DNA of 64,000 nt from Lepidodermella squamata (Eukaryota; Animalia; Gastrotricha), in assembly GCA_047495785.1 (NCBI GenBank), contig JBLDXI010000004.1, forward strand, positions 1,116,001-1,180,000. The letters run 5' to 3'. The notes beneath the pieces were generated by a model. It had not been told where the DNA came from, did no database searches, and saw nothing but the letters and a program-made list of their open reading frames with translations. Both the position numbers and the translations under genes were made by a program. Shown piece by piece: positions 23,171 to 36,782 of the stretch (positions are counted from its first letter, which is position 1; each line of letters opens with the position of its first letter).

Positions 23171-26100
23171 TTAGAACCTTTCGCATAACACGCCATCTCC
23201 TTGCGCATCACACGGCATTGATATAAAGTAAACACCACTCTCCCTACGTATCATGACAACACACAGCAGATCCAGAGATTTTATATCCCAACGGCTTTCA
23301 ACGTCAATGAAAGTTGAACCGTCGTCCCATGTTAGCACGTTGTTTAGCACGGAAAGAGCGACCCAGAATGAATATCTGATCTGCCCACTGATCAATTGAC
23401 TTGCTCTGGTCCACTCATCGTTTGTTCGAATTGTTGCCAACGTTGCATTTCGCTCGACGCATATCGGTGAAGCGTCACTCTTAAAACTCCCAGCCGGTGT
23501 TGAAATGATAAAGTAACTCTTTACCGCGGCCTTGCAACTGTTCTCGTCGGCATACTTGACATTGGCCGGAATTCGAACGTCAGCAGCCGCATTGCAGCCA
23601 GTTGTTTCCAGCACGCATTTAACTGACGCGTCACTTTTAGCGACGCAGCGGACGTAGGACACCTGCAAGAGAGAATCCTTAGGGGAAATTCTTACGTCGG
23701 TACCAAATTTCATTTAATGCAGTACCTTCTTAGGTTTTAACTGGTTAGGGTCAGGTTAGGGTTAGAGTTGAAGGCTTGGTGTTAAAATTGAGGATTTGAA
23801 ACTGATTGGAATGCTTTTGTACAGAATTCAATGATGTTTGGTACTGAATTCAAAAATTTGGTAATGAAATTAAATCGAGTAAGAGTAGTAATGATAAAGC
23901 AAATTGATAGATTATGATATATCGAGCGGAGCAAGCAACATTTTTGTGAAATCAACGAATAACGAATAACACGCTTGTCCGACTGAGAGGAGAGATTCTC
24001 AATTGCAAAGCTTGACAACCGAATAAAGGCCCAGAAATATTTATAAAAACCGAAAATTTCACCAATTAATGGTGGGCCCTTTTTGACTGACGGCCCCAGG
24101 GCACGTGGCCTCTGTGCCCGTGCATTAATACGGCCCTGCTGAAAATACTTATTCGCCAATTATGATCATTTTCGCAGTGTTTTTTTAAGGGGTTTACAGG
24201 GTTTACAATGTAAACACCGGAAATAGGCGATGTAAACACCGAAATCCAAAACCTGCCAGTGCCTGTAAAGCCTCTTGGTCTGGAAACTTGCTAACTCTCT
24301 CATCTCATGCATTTTCAACGTTAAAATTATCCAAAAATACCTGTAAAATGCTAAATTTTTCTGCTCGCTTCGCTCGCACATGTGTTTACTGCATAAGTGG
24401 ATTCGTTTCTCGCGTCTTTGACTGTGGTCTCCGCCTCACACAATTGATACTACACCGCTACTTCAAATTGGTAAGGCGAATTTTTCGAATTTGATGGTGA
24501 AGATTACTGAGCAATCATTCCTGCGGAGTATCATCGCTCATGAAGTATAAACTGCGATGTTTTCATTAACTTATTTTGAAATATCTTCGTTATTTTCAAG
24601 CAATTTTAGGCTATTCTCAGCCCAAATTCCTGCATAAAATCGAAATTTAAGCTCGCTTCGCTCGCAAATTCTGAAATTTTGTTCTGAAATTTCAGCCGCT
24701 GCTTCTAATAGTTGTAGATAGAAGGCAATGCTGTTTTCGGTATACATTTCCCTCAATTTTATACCGAAAAATTCCGGTACATATAAGGCGGATAGGTGTA
24801 AACACCGAACTGTTTTGGGTAAACACCGAACTTTTTTTTAAAAAAAACACTGATTTTCGATAGTTTCACATCGTATTCGATATTTTTAAAACGATTTCTG
24901 AAGTGGGTACACATGCACGTAGCCTTGACCTTTTCCAAACGTTCTGTGAAATTATATTCACACCCCCATGCCATAATTCACGGAATTTTGAAACTAAGCA
25001 TAAGCCGAGTTCGTCTTACGAATTGAAGGGACTTTTTACCCGTACGATTTATCGACCTACCTTTGGAGCTGCGCGACAGGCTGCGTAATTTTGGCTGAAA
25101 TTTCCACTCGTATAGGAAACAGTCTGCAAAAGAGATGCGTCATACGCAATCTGGAAGACTCGAAATTTATCTAACCGGGGACAGTCCTTGGGAGCAAGTT
25201 GGCGAGTCCTGGCACGGTTCTCCTGCCGCACATCCATAGGCGCTCTAATTTGCAACAAGGGTGAATATCGATTTTACATTATTACATGTTATTACCGCTG
25301 TATTGCATGAAATTTCTGTTGGGTAGGTCACGTTTCCAATCTACATCGCCAAAATGTAAAATATCAGCTCAATTTTGCCGATTAAACGCATAGACTTACT
25401 TTGATTAAAGGATTGGGACAGGTAAGTCCAATGAAGCAGCCTTGGTACGATTTGTCGCTGCCGTAACAATGTACGACATCGACGACTAATTGTAAACCGG
25501 ATACTCGTCAATGAGCAAAACAACAAAATAGATTAAACCAACTTTTGCATAATGCGAACGAGTTATAGGTGGTTCCACCGGGTCCAGCCACCTAAAAATC
25601 AACAAAATAGTGGTGAGTTGAATATAATTTAAATATAGACTTAATAAAGCTGGACATTCCAGTACAACTTCACCTTTCTTGCGAACATCTAGACTTTTTT
25701 AATTTTTATGCAAATATTACGTGAATTTTAATGCTATTGAGGCGACAAAATTCAGCCATGCCTCCAGCTATTTTTATAAAAGGCAGACGCTAAAAATTTC
25801 AGAAATTTTCTCAGCTTTCGGGAATCGACATCCCCTGATTTTTTGAAAATTTTATTTTATTTTCCCCTCAAATTACTAGACCTGGAAAGCTTGTTCTTGT
25901 CCATAATGGGAGCTTTTCGCAGCTTGAGAAAATTTCGTGAACAAACTCACAGTCGAGTTCGGGCAATTCGAGTTGATCGGTATGCAGACAGCAAGCTTAT
26001 TTGTCGTAGGATCAACGCAGCGTTTGTGTGTCCCCTGTAAACAAGTGGAGTGAGCTGACAAAAATGGCAAACAAGAGCTTCAAGCATCAATACCTGAATG

Positions 26101-28715
26101 GCAGCAACACAGGTTTGAAAATTGCTTGCGAAAGAACTTGATCCAATACTTCCAAGCTGAAGAATTGAAAAACTGAGAATTATGGATGAAGGCAGATAGG
26201 AAATGATCATTACATCGTATTTCCCAGTTCCGCTCGGGCATGAATCAAGGCAGCTACCACCCGTAGAAGTGTCATAACACATTTTGATTGACTAATAATG
26301 GAACAATACTTCAAATCCCAGAACGTTTGTTGGAATAAAACTCAACCCCTGCTTCGCAAATTGTTTTCGTCGGAAAGATGGTTTGACTTGATACCTAGGC
26401 GGAGAAACCGAATAAGATGTTAAAATTGCTGATTGATAGGTCTCACATCAGTTCCATCGCAGGAAACTGAAGCTGGCGTGCATCCGGAGAACGAAGACCC
26501 AGCCGAGCTAAAACAGCGTCGATGAGGGAAATAAGACTGAGGGGCTGATAAAACACGAATTAAGACTGAAAAATGCGATTGAAAACATTTTGAACGAACC
26601 AGATTCGCATTCACCAAGGTTTGGAAACGTGACGCCAGTCGAAAATTCGCTTGTTGTACCACCCGAGCAGTTTTTAGTGCCATCAGTAGGGATGCATTTC
26701 ACGAGAGCATACGTTTGCGAATTCAGGCAAAACCTGTGCGGTTTCTATGAAATTCCAAATACATAGAAAAGTAATGAGACAGCAAATTAGTACTGTGTAT
26801 TCCGCAAGAAAACTGAGGCATTGAGCATAATTAGTCTTGAAATCGTTAAGGCTGTTGAAAGTTGCCACCTGAGAGTAAAAGAAAATTGGCGTAATTGGCG
26901 AAAATTAAGAGAAGGAAAGATGGCCAACCAGACTCATGGGCGATCTGCAAATGCCGCGGCAAGCAAATGTCGAGCCAGATTTGCATAGAGCTGCGGGCTT
27001 AGAAAAGATTGAACGAGGTAGATACAGCGGCGTAACTAGGTCTACCAAACTGGTGGGGCCAGCCTTGGGGCCAGCACATCTTTTCCACGTATTTGCGCCC
27101 CCGAATTTTTCAGACCAAAGGGTCCCCCCTGTGGTACCCTGAGTGGATTTTTCCAGCTGGTGGGGCCGGTGCCCCCCCTGCCCCCCCCCCCCCCTCCTTA
27201 GTTACGCCCCTGGGTAGATAAGGCCAAAAAACAGGAAAGCAGGTCTCACCCCAGCAGAACAATGCTTCTTGTCAACATAGACTCCACCGCTGAAAGCCTG
27301 AATTTCAAATGACAATATCTAGGCTATTATCTTCGAATGAAAATGTTATTAACCTGTGATTGAGTGGCATTACAGCCTGGCACAGCCAACATGCAGCCAG
27401 CGAATGAGCGATCCGACGTCGAAAAGCAGCGAACATGAGGCGAAAAGTCTTGGCTTCTGGCGCCTGGGAATACATAATAATAGCTGAATTGATGATGCTG
27501 ATTGAATGACGCAAACCTCCAATTTGTAATAGGCACTCGTTCATACTAAATATCGGGATCACTTCACGCTGAAAATAATATTAAAAAATTAAAAAATAAT
27601 TCATGAAATTAAAAAGGTAAATTAAAGAGCCATGTGATCGAAGTAAATGTTTTTACTGAAAGCCGAAATCAAATTAATTATGTCGTTTTGAGCTAATAAA
27701 TATTTAGATTTCACGGTTTTTCGGTACATTTTTAATTAATATTTAAGATTCCATAATTTATGAACCAAATTATCCAATTTATCAAAATTTATTTCAATTT
27801 CCTGTTTGACCTCATTTAGGACAACTCTTTGTCAAATTTGAATAAACTTTGGCGTTTGGCTGAAAACGACAAAATCTGGCAAAGATTTAAGATAAAATCG
27901 ATGTCCTGCTCGGGGCATAATTTAAAATTGTTTATAATTGATGAAATAACATAAAATTATAAACAAACTTGTAACAAATTGTAACAAAATTGTAAAAATT
28001 CAAACATTTTATCAGTGATACAATTTTTAAATTGTTGATGAAAATAAAAATATAATGGACATAATGATCCCAATCTCACCCAGCCAGTAGGACAAGTGCT
28101 TTCATAAGGCACGCAGGTCTGAGCTGAATTATTGGCGCATTTCCTTGCCGGGTTTTCCTATGAGAATAACATGGAAGCAATTCGAATTTAGTGAACATCA
28201 TATTGGGAAATACCATGTAAGGCCGAGTTTTATTGAAGCATTCATCGTAACGCAGCTTGAAAGCCAAACCAGTAAAATTGAGGTGCTGTAACAAAAAATT
28301 GAAATAGAATCCAGCCATGATTGAAAACTTATCAATAATCAACCGGAATTTCGTCCTTGGAACAAGATACGATTTGAGGCAGGCATTTCAACGTGAAAAG
28401 CTTCGGGTTGAAGCAGCTGCGGGCTGACTGAAATACATTTATTGAATAAATTTGGAATCGAATATGTTTAATCAACCTACGCCTTGTTTACAACCGGCAA
28501 AATCCGGAAATGATGGGCCCAACTATTGGTGAAAAATTGATTAAAACATGGATAAAACACCGCAGGCTCAGTACCTGGACTTCTTCGAATAGATAGCAGT
28601 CCTCTTTACAGTCGATAAATGCGTCGTTCCATCGCGAGATGCATCGCTTATAATAGCAGTCAACGCTGCTAAAAGCGATGGTGACAAACAGAAAAGCTTT
28701 GAAAAGTCGCTCCAT
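23171..28715 (-). CDS. Lectin gene 2: secreted protein with 12 four-Cys modules + CTLD, ~22 exons
   Basis: Signal MERLFKAFLFVTIAFSSVDC; successive GT-AG exons give 12 modules (e.g. KRCISRWNDAFIDCKEDC..., HVRCFSTSDRSFAGC..., HRRCFSSAGSSFSGC..., VVHCYGSDKSYQGC...); last exon VSYVRC...FWVAL...WDDGS...GVLCERF. Confidence 0.8.
27025..27212. mobile_element. hAT-type MITE in an intron of gene 2
   Basis: TIR cagcggcgtaact / agttacgcccctg; perfect 8-bp TSD ggtagata. Confidence 0.9.
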
Positions 28716-29179
28716 TATTTTATCAATGGCTGAAAAATGGATGAATGATAGGTAAAACTTTTTTTAAAGTAGTGGTGCTACGGTCACACAAGTATGGGGA
28801 GCGGCGCTCATTTTCTGGAAACGCGTGTGAACCCGTGTCCTTGAACCAGAAAATGTACCCAATTTGATACGGCTCCTACAAGGTTAAAATGATTCAAAAG
28901 CGTAACGAATATTGGTTCGTATTTGCAATCGGCGGGGTCTAAAGTTCATCTATTTTTAGCAAGGTGCGTCCAGACGGATTTTTTGTAGTTACATTTGTAA
29001 ACGTTTAGATTGAACCTGGAAAAAGCATTTTTGTCTTGTTCCGGATTATTTCCATTCAAAATGAATCAAGATGTTTTTTTATTTCGAGCGTCTTTTACAG
29101 ATAATTTCTTGGGAAACTTTTCGCTGCGAACTGGCTACGTCTTTTTTGGCTTGCTAACATATTTCCCATTTCACAAACA

Positions 29180-29550
29180 TTTCAACCTGGAATTTCATTC
29201 CTGCCGTTAAACAATATTGGCTGGGTAATGTGACAGGTCGCCGATAAAAGCTCGAAAGACATAAAGACGGCCGACCACTCCATCATGTTACAAGGGTGAA
29301 AATGATAGATTAGGAGGATCAGCGATGGGACGTCTCAAGCATATCAAGGAAATTTTGATTTTCCACATGAAGGCGCCGGAATCGAGAGCGAAAAGGAAAA
29401 AGAACGCTGGACATAAGAGCGAAAGACCGAAGGGCGCAGACAGGAGTGCGACATGTGATTTTCGAGATATGGGTACTTGAATGTATTTTTCGGTCCCGAA
29501 TCTCGAATTTAGACCAAGGGGTCCCTCGGAGAGGGTTCTATATAATTTTT
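29180..29550. repeat. Dispersed repeat, copy at ~38577-38830
   Basis: Shared aacctggaatttcattc...ggccgaccactccatcatgttacaagggtgaaaatgatagatt and ttagaccaaggggtccctcg.agagggttctata. Confidence 0.8.
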
Positions 29551-29552
29551 TT

Positions 29553-29798
29553 ATGGAAATTTTGCCGAAAGGGGGATATATCGTTAGCGACGTTGAATAA
29601 CTCGGATTTAGGCTTGTTTACTTCCATTTCAAGGTGATAGGTGACAAGTAAAAAGTCTTTTGTTTTTGCCTCTTCATTCACATTTTAAAAAACCGCTCAT
29701 TACTTGTCACCCGTGACTTTGAAACGGATGTAAACAAGCCTAAATCCGAGTTATTCAACGTCGCTAGCGATATATCCCCCTTTCGGCAAAATTTCCAT
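29553..29798. mobile_element. Palindromic MITE with ~70-bp arms; partial relative at ~34095-34220
   Basis: atggaaattttgccgaaagggggatatatcg...cttgtttac is mirrored at 29730-29798. Confidence 0.85.
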
Positions 29799-30523
29799 CT
29801 TCTACACTGTATTCAATATCAAGGTCATTCAAGATGTTGCCATGTTGACGAAAACCGCCTTGATTGCCTACAGTGTAGTGGGTAACGATTGCATCAGATC
29901 GATGAATCATCAGTGATTTATCGATTTTGAATTGTGAAAAATCCGCCGATTATCCAAATCGATTGAAAAATAGTTTACGTTTTATTGAAGCGACACCTCA
30001 TGTAACTTTATACCTGTTACAGGTGTTTCCCTAGAGGTGAAGCAGCCCTGAAATCCATCATACTACGAGTTATGAGCATCGTGTTCATACTGGCGTATTG
30101 TTAGCTTTTAATTTGGCACAGTTCGTGCCGGAAATTAGTCGCGCCACGCATCAAGACTTTTCATCTCTCCGATGCCAACAGGTATTGCAGGTGTTGCCCT
30201 TTACCTATTGTTGCCTGTTAAGGCTGGTAAAATGATGTGATAAAAAATGATGAAAAAATGGACACAGGCCAAGTGGCGCGTTAGGAATACCGCGCATCAA
30301 ATCAAATTTGACAGCGCCTCACTTTGTTGCATCATAAAGGACGAGACGCCGCGCGCACACAAAGGCGCCGCTTTTAGGCGCGCGTCAGTTACAAAGGCTG
30401 TGCGCAGCCAACAATTGAAATTTTGAACTTGTAGTGCATTCATGTTTTATTTCAGTTTTATTTTCATCGTGTTTGAATCTCGTTACCAGATTCATTTTTA
30501 AATGAATATCTTTATTATTTCAT

Positions 30524-30556
30524 ATCATCATCATCATCATCATCATCGCCATCATC
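30524..30556. repeat. (CAT)n microsatellite
   Basis: Read directly. Confidence 0.9.
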
Positions 30557-30634
30557 GGACGGTTGGTTATTTTGTTGCCCCATTTTATTTCATTGCGACG
30601 TATTCGGCTATATTTCTGAAAAATTCAGCGTTGC

Positions 30635-31937
30635 TCAAACATGACAGCAAGTGCTACTATTTTTCCCTTCATGATAAACAATTTCTTTGTCATGCCATAA
30701 TAGAGCATCAGCCCAACGAGTATCGTTTATCACGGGGACTAGGCGAAACGGTTTCTGATTAATATTAGCAGGGTCTCGATCATGAGACCAAGAAACAAGC
30801 ATGACTTTCATTACTAATCTGATAAAATCGGGGATGGGCAACCGGTGGCGAAACGTGGAGTCGCGTTTTATGACCTCATTTATGGCTTCAATTGCATTGT
30901 TTGTTGATGGTAGACCACTCGCCAAGCCTTCTTAGAAAGGCCTCGACAACAGGTCGTTAACTGTAGCCTGGAACCAATTAAGGAAAGCAGCCGTTTCCGG
31001 GTAAACACGCCACTTGTTGACAAACAGCTCGACCGCTCGTTCAAACATCGCGCCGGACACCTGCAGGGTGCACAAATCCAGACGCACCTTGTCGCGCAGC
31101 TCTATCTTGATTGACGAGAGCTTCTTGTCAGCAGTTCGCACCACATGTGCCCAGCAGTTCGCCTGTAGCACCTGGCCAAAGACGGTAATAATCGCATCCG
31201 AAATAGCGGCGGCGCCGTCGCGCACAGCAACGGACGGCGGTGGCATAGCATTTCTTGTTAATTAACCGGGGTTTGATACAAAATTTGCAAAAAAAGTCAA
31301 AATAAAATACCAAACATTTTGTCTTAGCTCGATTCGACTATCCTGAAAAGGTCAGCGTAGTCATCGCTAGTTTCGCCTGATACAACCGCGAGGGCAATAG
31401 GGTGGAACGTGTTGTCCTTCCTAATGTTGCGAAGATCACGAAGTTCTCGGATTTTGTTCAAAACAACGGTCGGCAAACCGCGAGTTGACCAAGCTTGATG
31501 AGTATGCGGCTTCATATTTGTGTAAATTGATACTCGAACGCTGCCATGGTGACGGACTTCTCGAACCCTCGCGTGGCACGTGACATCCTTGTCGCGACCC
31601 CTACCCCCGCATGGGCAGTAGTAGTCATGACACTCGCCCTCATAGTTGTCGGACGGCTGTCGTTCGCGGGGCCACTTTTTTTGCAGTAATTTGCAGGTTT
31701 ACTTCCAGCAAAATTTGCAAAATATCAGCTATCAGCGGCTTCTTCTTGAGATCGACACACTTTTTCCAGGCACCAAGTTTCTTGCTTCGGAGCCTGCGAC
31801 TCATCTCGGTTATCTTGGTCGTTGTCATTTTGATCATAATTGCTGCTTGAATCTTCCTCCTGCTCATCGGTTTCTTCCTCTTCACCCTCGTTCTTATCAA
31901 GGGCTTCTTCCTCATACGAGTAAAAACTTTCATCCAT
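30635..31937 (-). pseudogene. Decayed Mutator-like (MULE) transposase
   Basis: Fragments DNTFHPIALAVVSGETSDDYADLF, VRDGAAAISDAIITVF...CWAHVVR and TNNAIEAINEVIK carry the MULE D..CxxH..E signature; acidic N-terminal piece at 31725-31937; the first catalytic region appears deleted. Confidence 0.85.
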
Positions 31938-32818
31938 GGTTAGCGAACGATTTTATTAGCGCGAATAAAACTTAATGAAAGTGCGACAATCACTTTAGTT
32001 ATTGCTACTGCCACACCACCTGCTGCGGCGCAACTCACACTTGCGCGGCGGATTAGGCGATCGTGCTACTGTTCACCGTCCATTGCTACTTGACACGCGC
32101 ATCTGCTACAGTTTATTATTTACTGCTACGCTCACTCTGCTACGCTTCTCATTTTTCTGCTACGCTCGCTCAGCTACCCATATAAATTACGTCAGCGATA
32201 ATAATGACCTCGAATAATTAAGCGTAAAACGAATGATAATTAGACCCACATTTTCTGCGTAAAATTTGCCGAGTAAAATTGAAACGAATTTTAAGCTTAA
32301 ATAATTTATCTTTTACGCTTAGACAAACAATTTACAAACAATTTAAGCTTAAACATTTTCGCGCAATTTTAGGGGTAAAATCACGCACCTACGATTTTAA
32401 GCGTAAAAGCAAGACAATTTAGGGGTAAATTATTCGAAATTCGCTTACGCTTAAAATTATGCGCATTTACGCCTATCTCTCAGTGAGGCTCTTATTGTTT
32501 TTGTTGCGTCACTCAATTGAGGTGACTACGAGGTGAGGTCTAATAAAATAACTCTCACAATTCCCCTCTGTCAGATTCTTAAAAGACTGTAATTAGGGCC
32601 CTTTCTATACGGCACGTCTCAATTTTTGTAGCAATCAAATTGATACTTGCTCGAGGTTATACTTCTTATGTTCTGTGTTTTATGTTAAAGTAAGAGTCCG
32701 CCACGCATGAGAGCAAGCTGTTTGATTTATTCATCCGACTCAGAGTGGCGATCAACTTGAATTAAGAAAACTGATTATCGCATATTTATTCATACTTTCA
32801 CAGTTGTCGACAATATCC

Positions 32819-35800
32819 TCAATGTTGCTCAATGTTGAGGTTTCTGTTTGATCCGGACGAGCAGAATAATAAACGTTTGATCCGAACGTTTGCCCTTTCG
32901 AGAATTTCGAGTGTTTTCCGCTTGTCGTCAGGTGTAACACCGTTTTTTACATTGTTAGCGTAGTACAGAGCAGTTTGATTATATTTGTTTACGGCGTTGA
33001 TATCAGTTCGAGAATTCTTTATCAGCACATCGACCACAGCAGGATGGCCATGATATGCGGCTATCATCAAAGGGGTCCAGCGATCACCTTTGGTCTTGAC
33101 ATACTCGTAGCCAGCTATGCGTTGAATTACGGATACGAAGGAAGATGTCGCCACACTATTATCCTCGGCAGCGTTAACATCTGCCTTGAACTCGCCAGCC
33201 AGTGTCTTCACCACTTCGACGTGGCCTTTCTGGGCGGCGATGTACAATGGCGTTGTTCCATTCTTGTTGGCAGCGTTAACATTTGCTCTGAACTGGCCTG
33301 CCAGTGTCTTCACCACTTCGACGTGGCCTTTCTCGGCGGCGATGTGCAATGGCGTCCAGCCAATATTCTCGGCAGCGTTAACATCTGCCTTGAACTCGCC
33401 AGCCAGTGTCTTCACCACTTCGACGTGGCCATTCTCAGCAGCGATGTACAATGGCGTTGCTCCATTCTTGTTGGCAGCGTTAACATCTGCTCTGAACTGG
33501 CCAGCCAGTGTCTTCACCACTTCGACGTGGCCATTCCGGGCGGCCATGTACAATGGCGTTGCTCCATTCTTGTTGGCAGCGTTAACATCTGCTCTGAACT
33601 GGCCTGCAAGTGTTTCAACAACGTCATTGCAGCCTTTGCAAGCAGCAAGCCACAACAGATGATCACCGTCCTTGTCTTTGCAGTTCACGCTCAACCCAAG
33701 CTCTTTGTTATTCAGTAGCTTCACTAATTTAGGCAGATCTTTCTTCGCCCACACGCAGTCGATAAGCTCCTAGTTATTTCAGCAGAGTTTCCTTCCACGT
33801 CACTAAAATTCTCGAAATTAGACAATACCTGAACATGACGCGGGTCTGGTTCAATGATCTGCGTTTGTGGCAATAAAACAGAATAATGAATTATAGAGCA
33901 AATCATCGACTAGGGTAGTTTCTCTTCCCAACTGCTAACTCTAAGCTTTGCTAATGAAACGTAGCACCTCGGCTTTTGGCTCCGACATTTGAATTGTCTG
34001 ACTCGAGGAAACATGTCCATACCTCCAAAAACACAGAATCGGTTCTTCCCATCTCACGCTTGTGCTTCTGTTTTTCCACTAGCACTCAGCAATAAGTACA
34101 AGTAAAAAAATCATTTGTGTTTGCCTCTTCATTCACGTAAAATACACCGCTTTTCACGTGTCACCTTGAAACTGAAGTAAACAAGCTTATATCCGAGTTA
34201 TTCAACGACGCTAACGATATGATAGCCCGATCTACTATTTCAGAGTATATGCCGGGTCTGCATTTAGCTTGGCAACTAAATGACGTGGGCTTAGTGAGGG
34301 TGGACTTCTATTTTAGGCGATACGGTATACTTACTTTTTCCGCGAAAGTCTAGATGGGAAAACGACGGAAACAACTATTATCTTGCTTAAATATATGCCT
34401 AAATGCTATAGTATACGCAATCATATTCAATTTTTTCGCTCGCAAATGTTGTTTGCGTAAAGCTGGATTCCTTAATGTGCGACAGAGCGGCGACAGAGCG
34501 CGAAGTTTTTTGTCGCATGGCAATTTCAAAAATCCGCAAAGCGACAGTCCCGTGATTGTCACAGTCGCGCGCGCACACAACAACAGCAGCGCATACAGAG
34601 TATTAAAAAAAACATCGCCGGTAACTTAGGGCGGCAGTATTCTTCGGATGAAATTAATTGTATGTTTTATAATAATCTACCACAGATGAGGTAAAACGAG
34701 CGGTTTTTTCAATTGTGATTTATTGAACAATCCTCATCATTAGTAATTTTTGCATTTCCATCTTTAAAATTACGCGCGTGTGCGCGCGGAGATATTTGTC
34801 GCTACTTGCGTTTTCAAAGGTCGCAAAATATTCATAAAGGTAATTGTAATAAAATGTATTGACTTCAATAAGTATCACACACCTATCACCGCAATTCGTA
34901 TGAATTTTAATCGGATAATTCGAAATTGCAGACAGAACTGTGGCTTATGTTTGACGTGGAATAAGAAGCACCGCTTTTGTCGTATTCGCGATCCAAGTAT
35001 CTTTTCAACATACCGCAAATGTCACCTGGCGCGGCTTGATTTCAAGAGTAACTCGTGACGTCTTCTGCCTGTCGCGCGGCTGGAATAGTCGCGCCGCGTG
35101 GACGAAATTCCACTAAAACGGGGCCTGCGACACGTCGAACCGTGCGCTCGCGACAATTTCTATTGTTTATGTGCAACGCGCGCATTGTTTGGAGTTCGAC
35201 TTTGTGAATAGTAGCAACTAGCAACGACAGCCGCGCGCGACACTGATTCGACGCCCTCGACTTTTTTGGGAGTTAGTGAACTCAGGCGCGATTGGCGATT
35301 GTAGCGTGCAATAGCGTACTAAAGTTAGTCATGAGTTGCAGTCGCGCATTAGTGAATCCAGCTAAAGCTTAGGTTGGGATAAGGAAAATCGACCTCCCCC
35401 TTTGGTCTCTGGTGCAGTTCACCTTGCGGAGCGATTGAACTTGTAGGGAGGATCCTTACCCTTCCTAGCGGTACTTCGCTCTTTGCAACAACTTAGCTAC
35501 GCACTTATGATTAACAGCCTTTTCCAACCCTAATGTAAATACAAACACGTGTCTCCCGAACCTGTGCAAATATATTGCGGGTACGCTGTACGATTTTACG
35601 ATAAGATTTTCACCAAATCATTGCAGTCTGATTCTTCCTTCTCATTTTCAAGGGCTTACGATGGTTTTTAGCAAAAATTGGCTGTTGCTGAGCTGGGAAC
35701 CAGTTTCTCGGCGGCTGACATTCTTTTGAATCATCGACATTACGAAATCGCTAAGATCTTGCGAATAGCCACGCGATGCATCAAATTGTTTCGGAGGTTT

Positions 35801-36782
35801 TCTTGATTGAGAATGAGAATTATTTTAAATTTCAAATTACTTGACTCCCTTACTGAATGATATCGAGTTGATTGTCAAACTGGTACAATGTTCAATGTAG
35901 AACTGATATTTTTTCAGAATTTCGGAAAAAACCCACCGGTTTAGCAAAATTAGCAAGTTCGAACAAGGTGACACCCAGTGACCACCAATCACTAGCCGGG
36001 GCGTATTTTTTACCGCCTAGAATCTCCGGCGATGCATACAGCAAAGTTGCAACACCAGTGAATTTCGTTTCGGAATTTCTAAGGGTGGACAAGTTATATT
36101 TAAATTCTAACCATATATGCGCGGATTATACGGGTCATATGTCTTAGCTATTCCGAAATCGCCAAGCTTAACAGTGTTCGAATCGCCGCTCAACAAAATG
36201 TTTTCTGGCTTGATGTCCCGATGAACTATAGAATTTGCATGCAGGCAGTTGACGGCTGAAACAAGTTGTCGCGACCAATTTTGAATTTGGATTTCATGTA
36301 TCGGGCGTTCAGCTTTCCGATAGTACTTTGACAAATCGCCTCCTTCGCAAAACTCCATTACCAGGTAATACATCGAATCGCCAATTCCGGCTGCATTTGC
36401 ATCTGTATTCACCCCTGGAACAGAATTCTATCCGGATCATCGGACATGGATTCAATGGAATTTACCTTACGAAAGCTCCGTAGACTCTAACAATGTTCGT
36501 ATGGTTTACCTTAATCATTTTGATATGCTGGAAAATCGAAATGGGACTCTTTTTACCGAAATAATTATAATCCTAAGTTACCTCTTCTCTGGTCATATGA
36601 ACAATTTTCTTGGCCAATTCTGCGTTTGCCACTCTTCGGCAGATTTCAGTTAAACTAGCCCCTTTTACAACATAATTTGAATCCTCCATTCGCTGGCATT
36701 GCCACGCCGATCCGAAGCCACCGCGGCCCAGAAACTTTATTATCTTGAACTCCGACATTGATTTGTAAGGCGAATCAGACAT
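32819..36782 (-). CDS. Ser/Thr protein kinase, probably spliced to C-terminal ankyrin repeats
   Basis: Kinase motifs GRGGFG, VVK, LVMEFCEGGDL, HRDIKPENILL, KLGDFG, YASPE, DWWSLG. The ankyrin exon starts at an acceptor near 33769 (ELIDCVWAKK) with no ATG of its own. Small linker exons at ~33828-34080. The join is inferred. Confidence 0.7.
33168..33615 (-). repeat. Near-identical 102-bp ankyrin tandem repeats (~4.3 copies)
   Basis: 34-aa unit G(A/W/T)TPL(Y/H)xAAx(N/K)GHVEVVKTLAG(Q/E)F(R/K)A(D/N)VNAA, conserved at DNA level. Confidence 0.95.
34461..35363. mobile_element. Non-autonomous TIR element (PIF/Harbinger-like) in a kinase-ankyrin intron
   Basis: TIR agctggattccttaatgtgcgac / gtcgcgcattagtgaatccagct; taa(a) flanks. 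Confidence 0.7.

Noticed and set aside
23730-23770. Telomeric TTAGGG-like tract
   Set aside because: Only a few degenerate units inside an intron.
25880-25925. Extra exon of gene 2 (LRKAPIMDKNKL)
   Set aside because: It lacks the module's fourth Cys; the exon at ~25542-25590 completes the module in frame.
30502-30762. Poly-histidine ORF
   Set aside because: Arises from a (CAT)n microsatellite and overlaps the MULE relic antisense.
32975-33718. Long plus-strand ORFs (247 aa and 158 aa)
   Set aside because: Antisense shadows of the ankyrin repeats.
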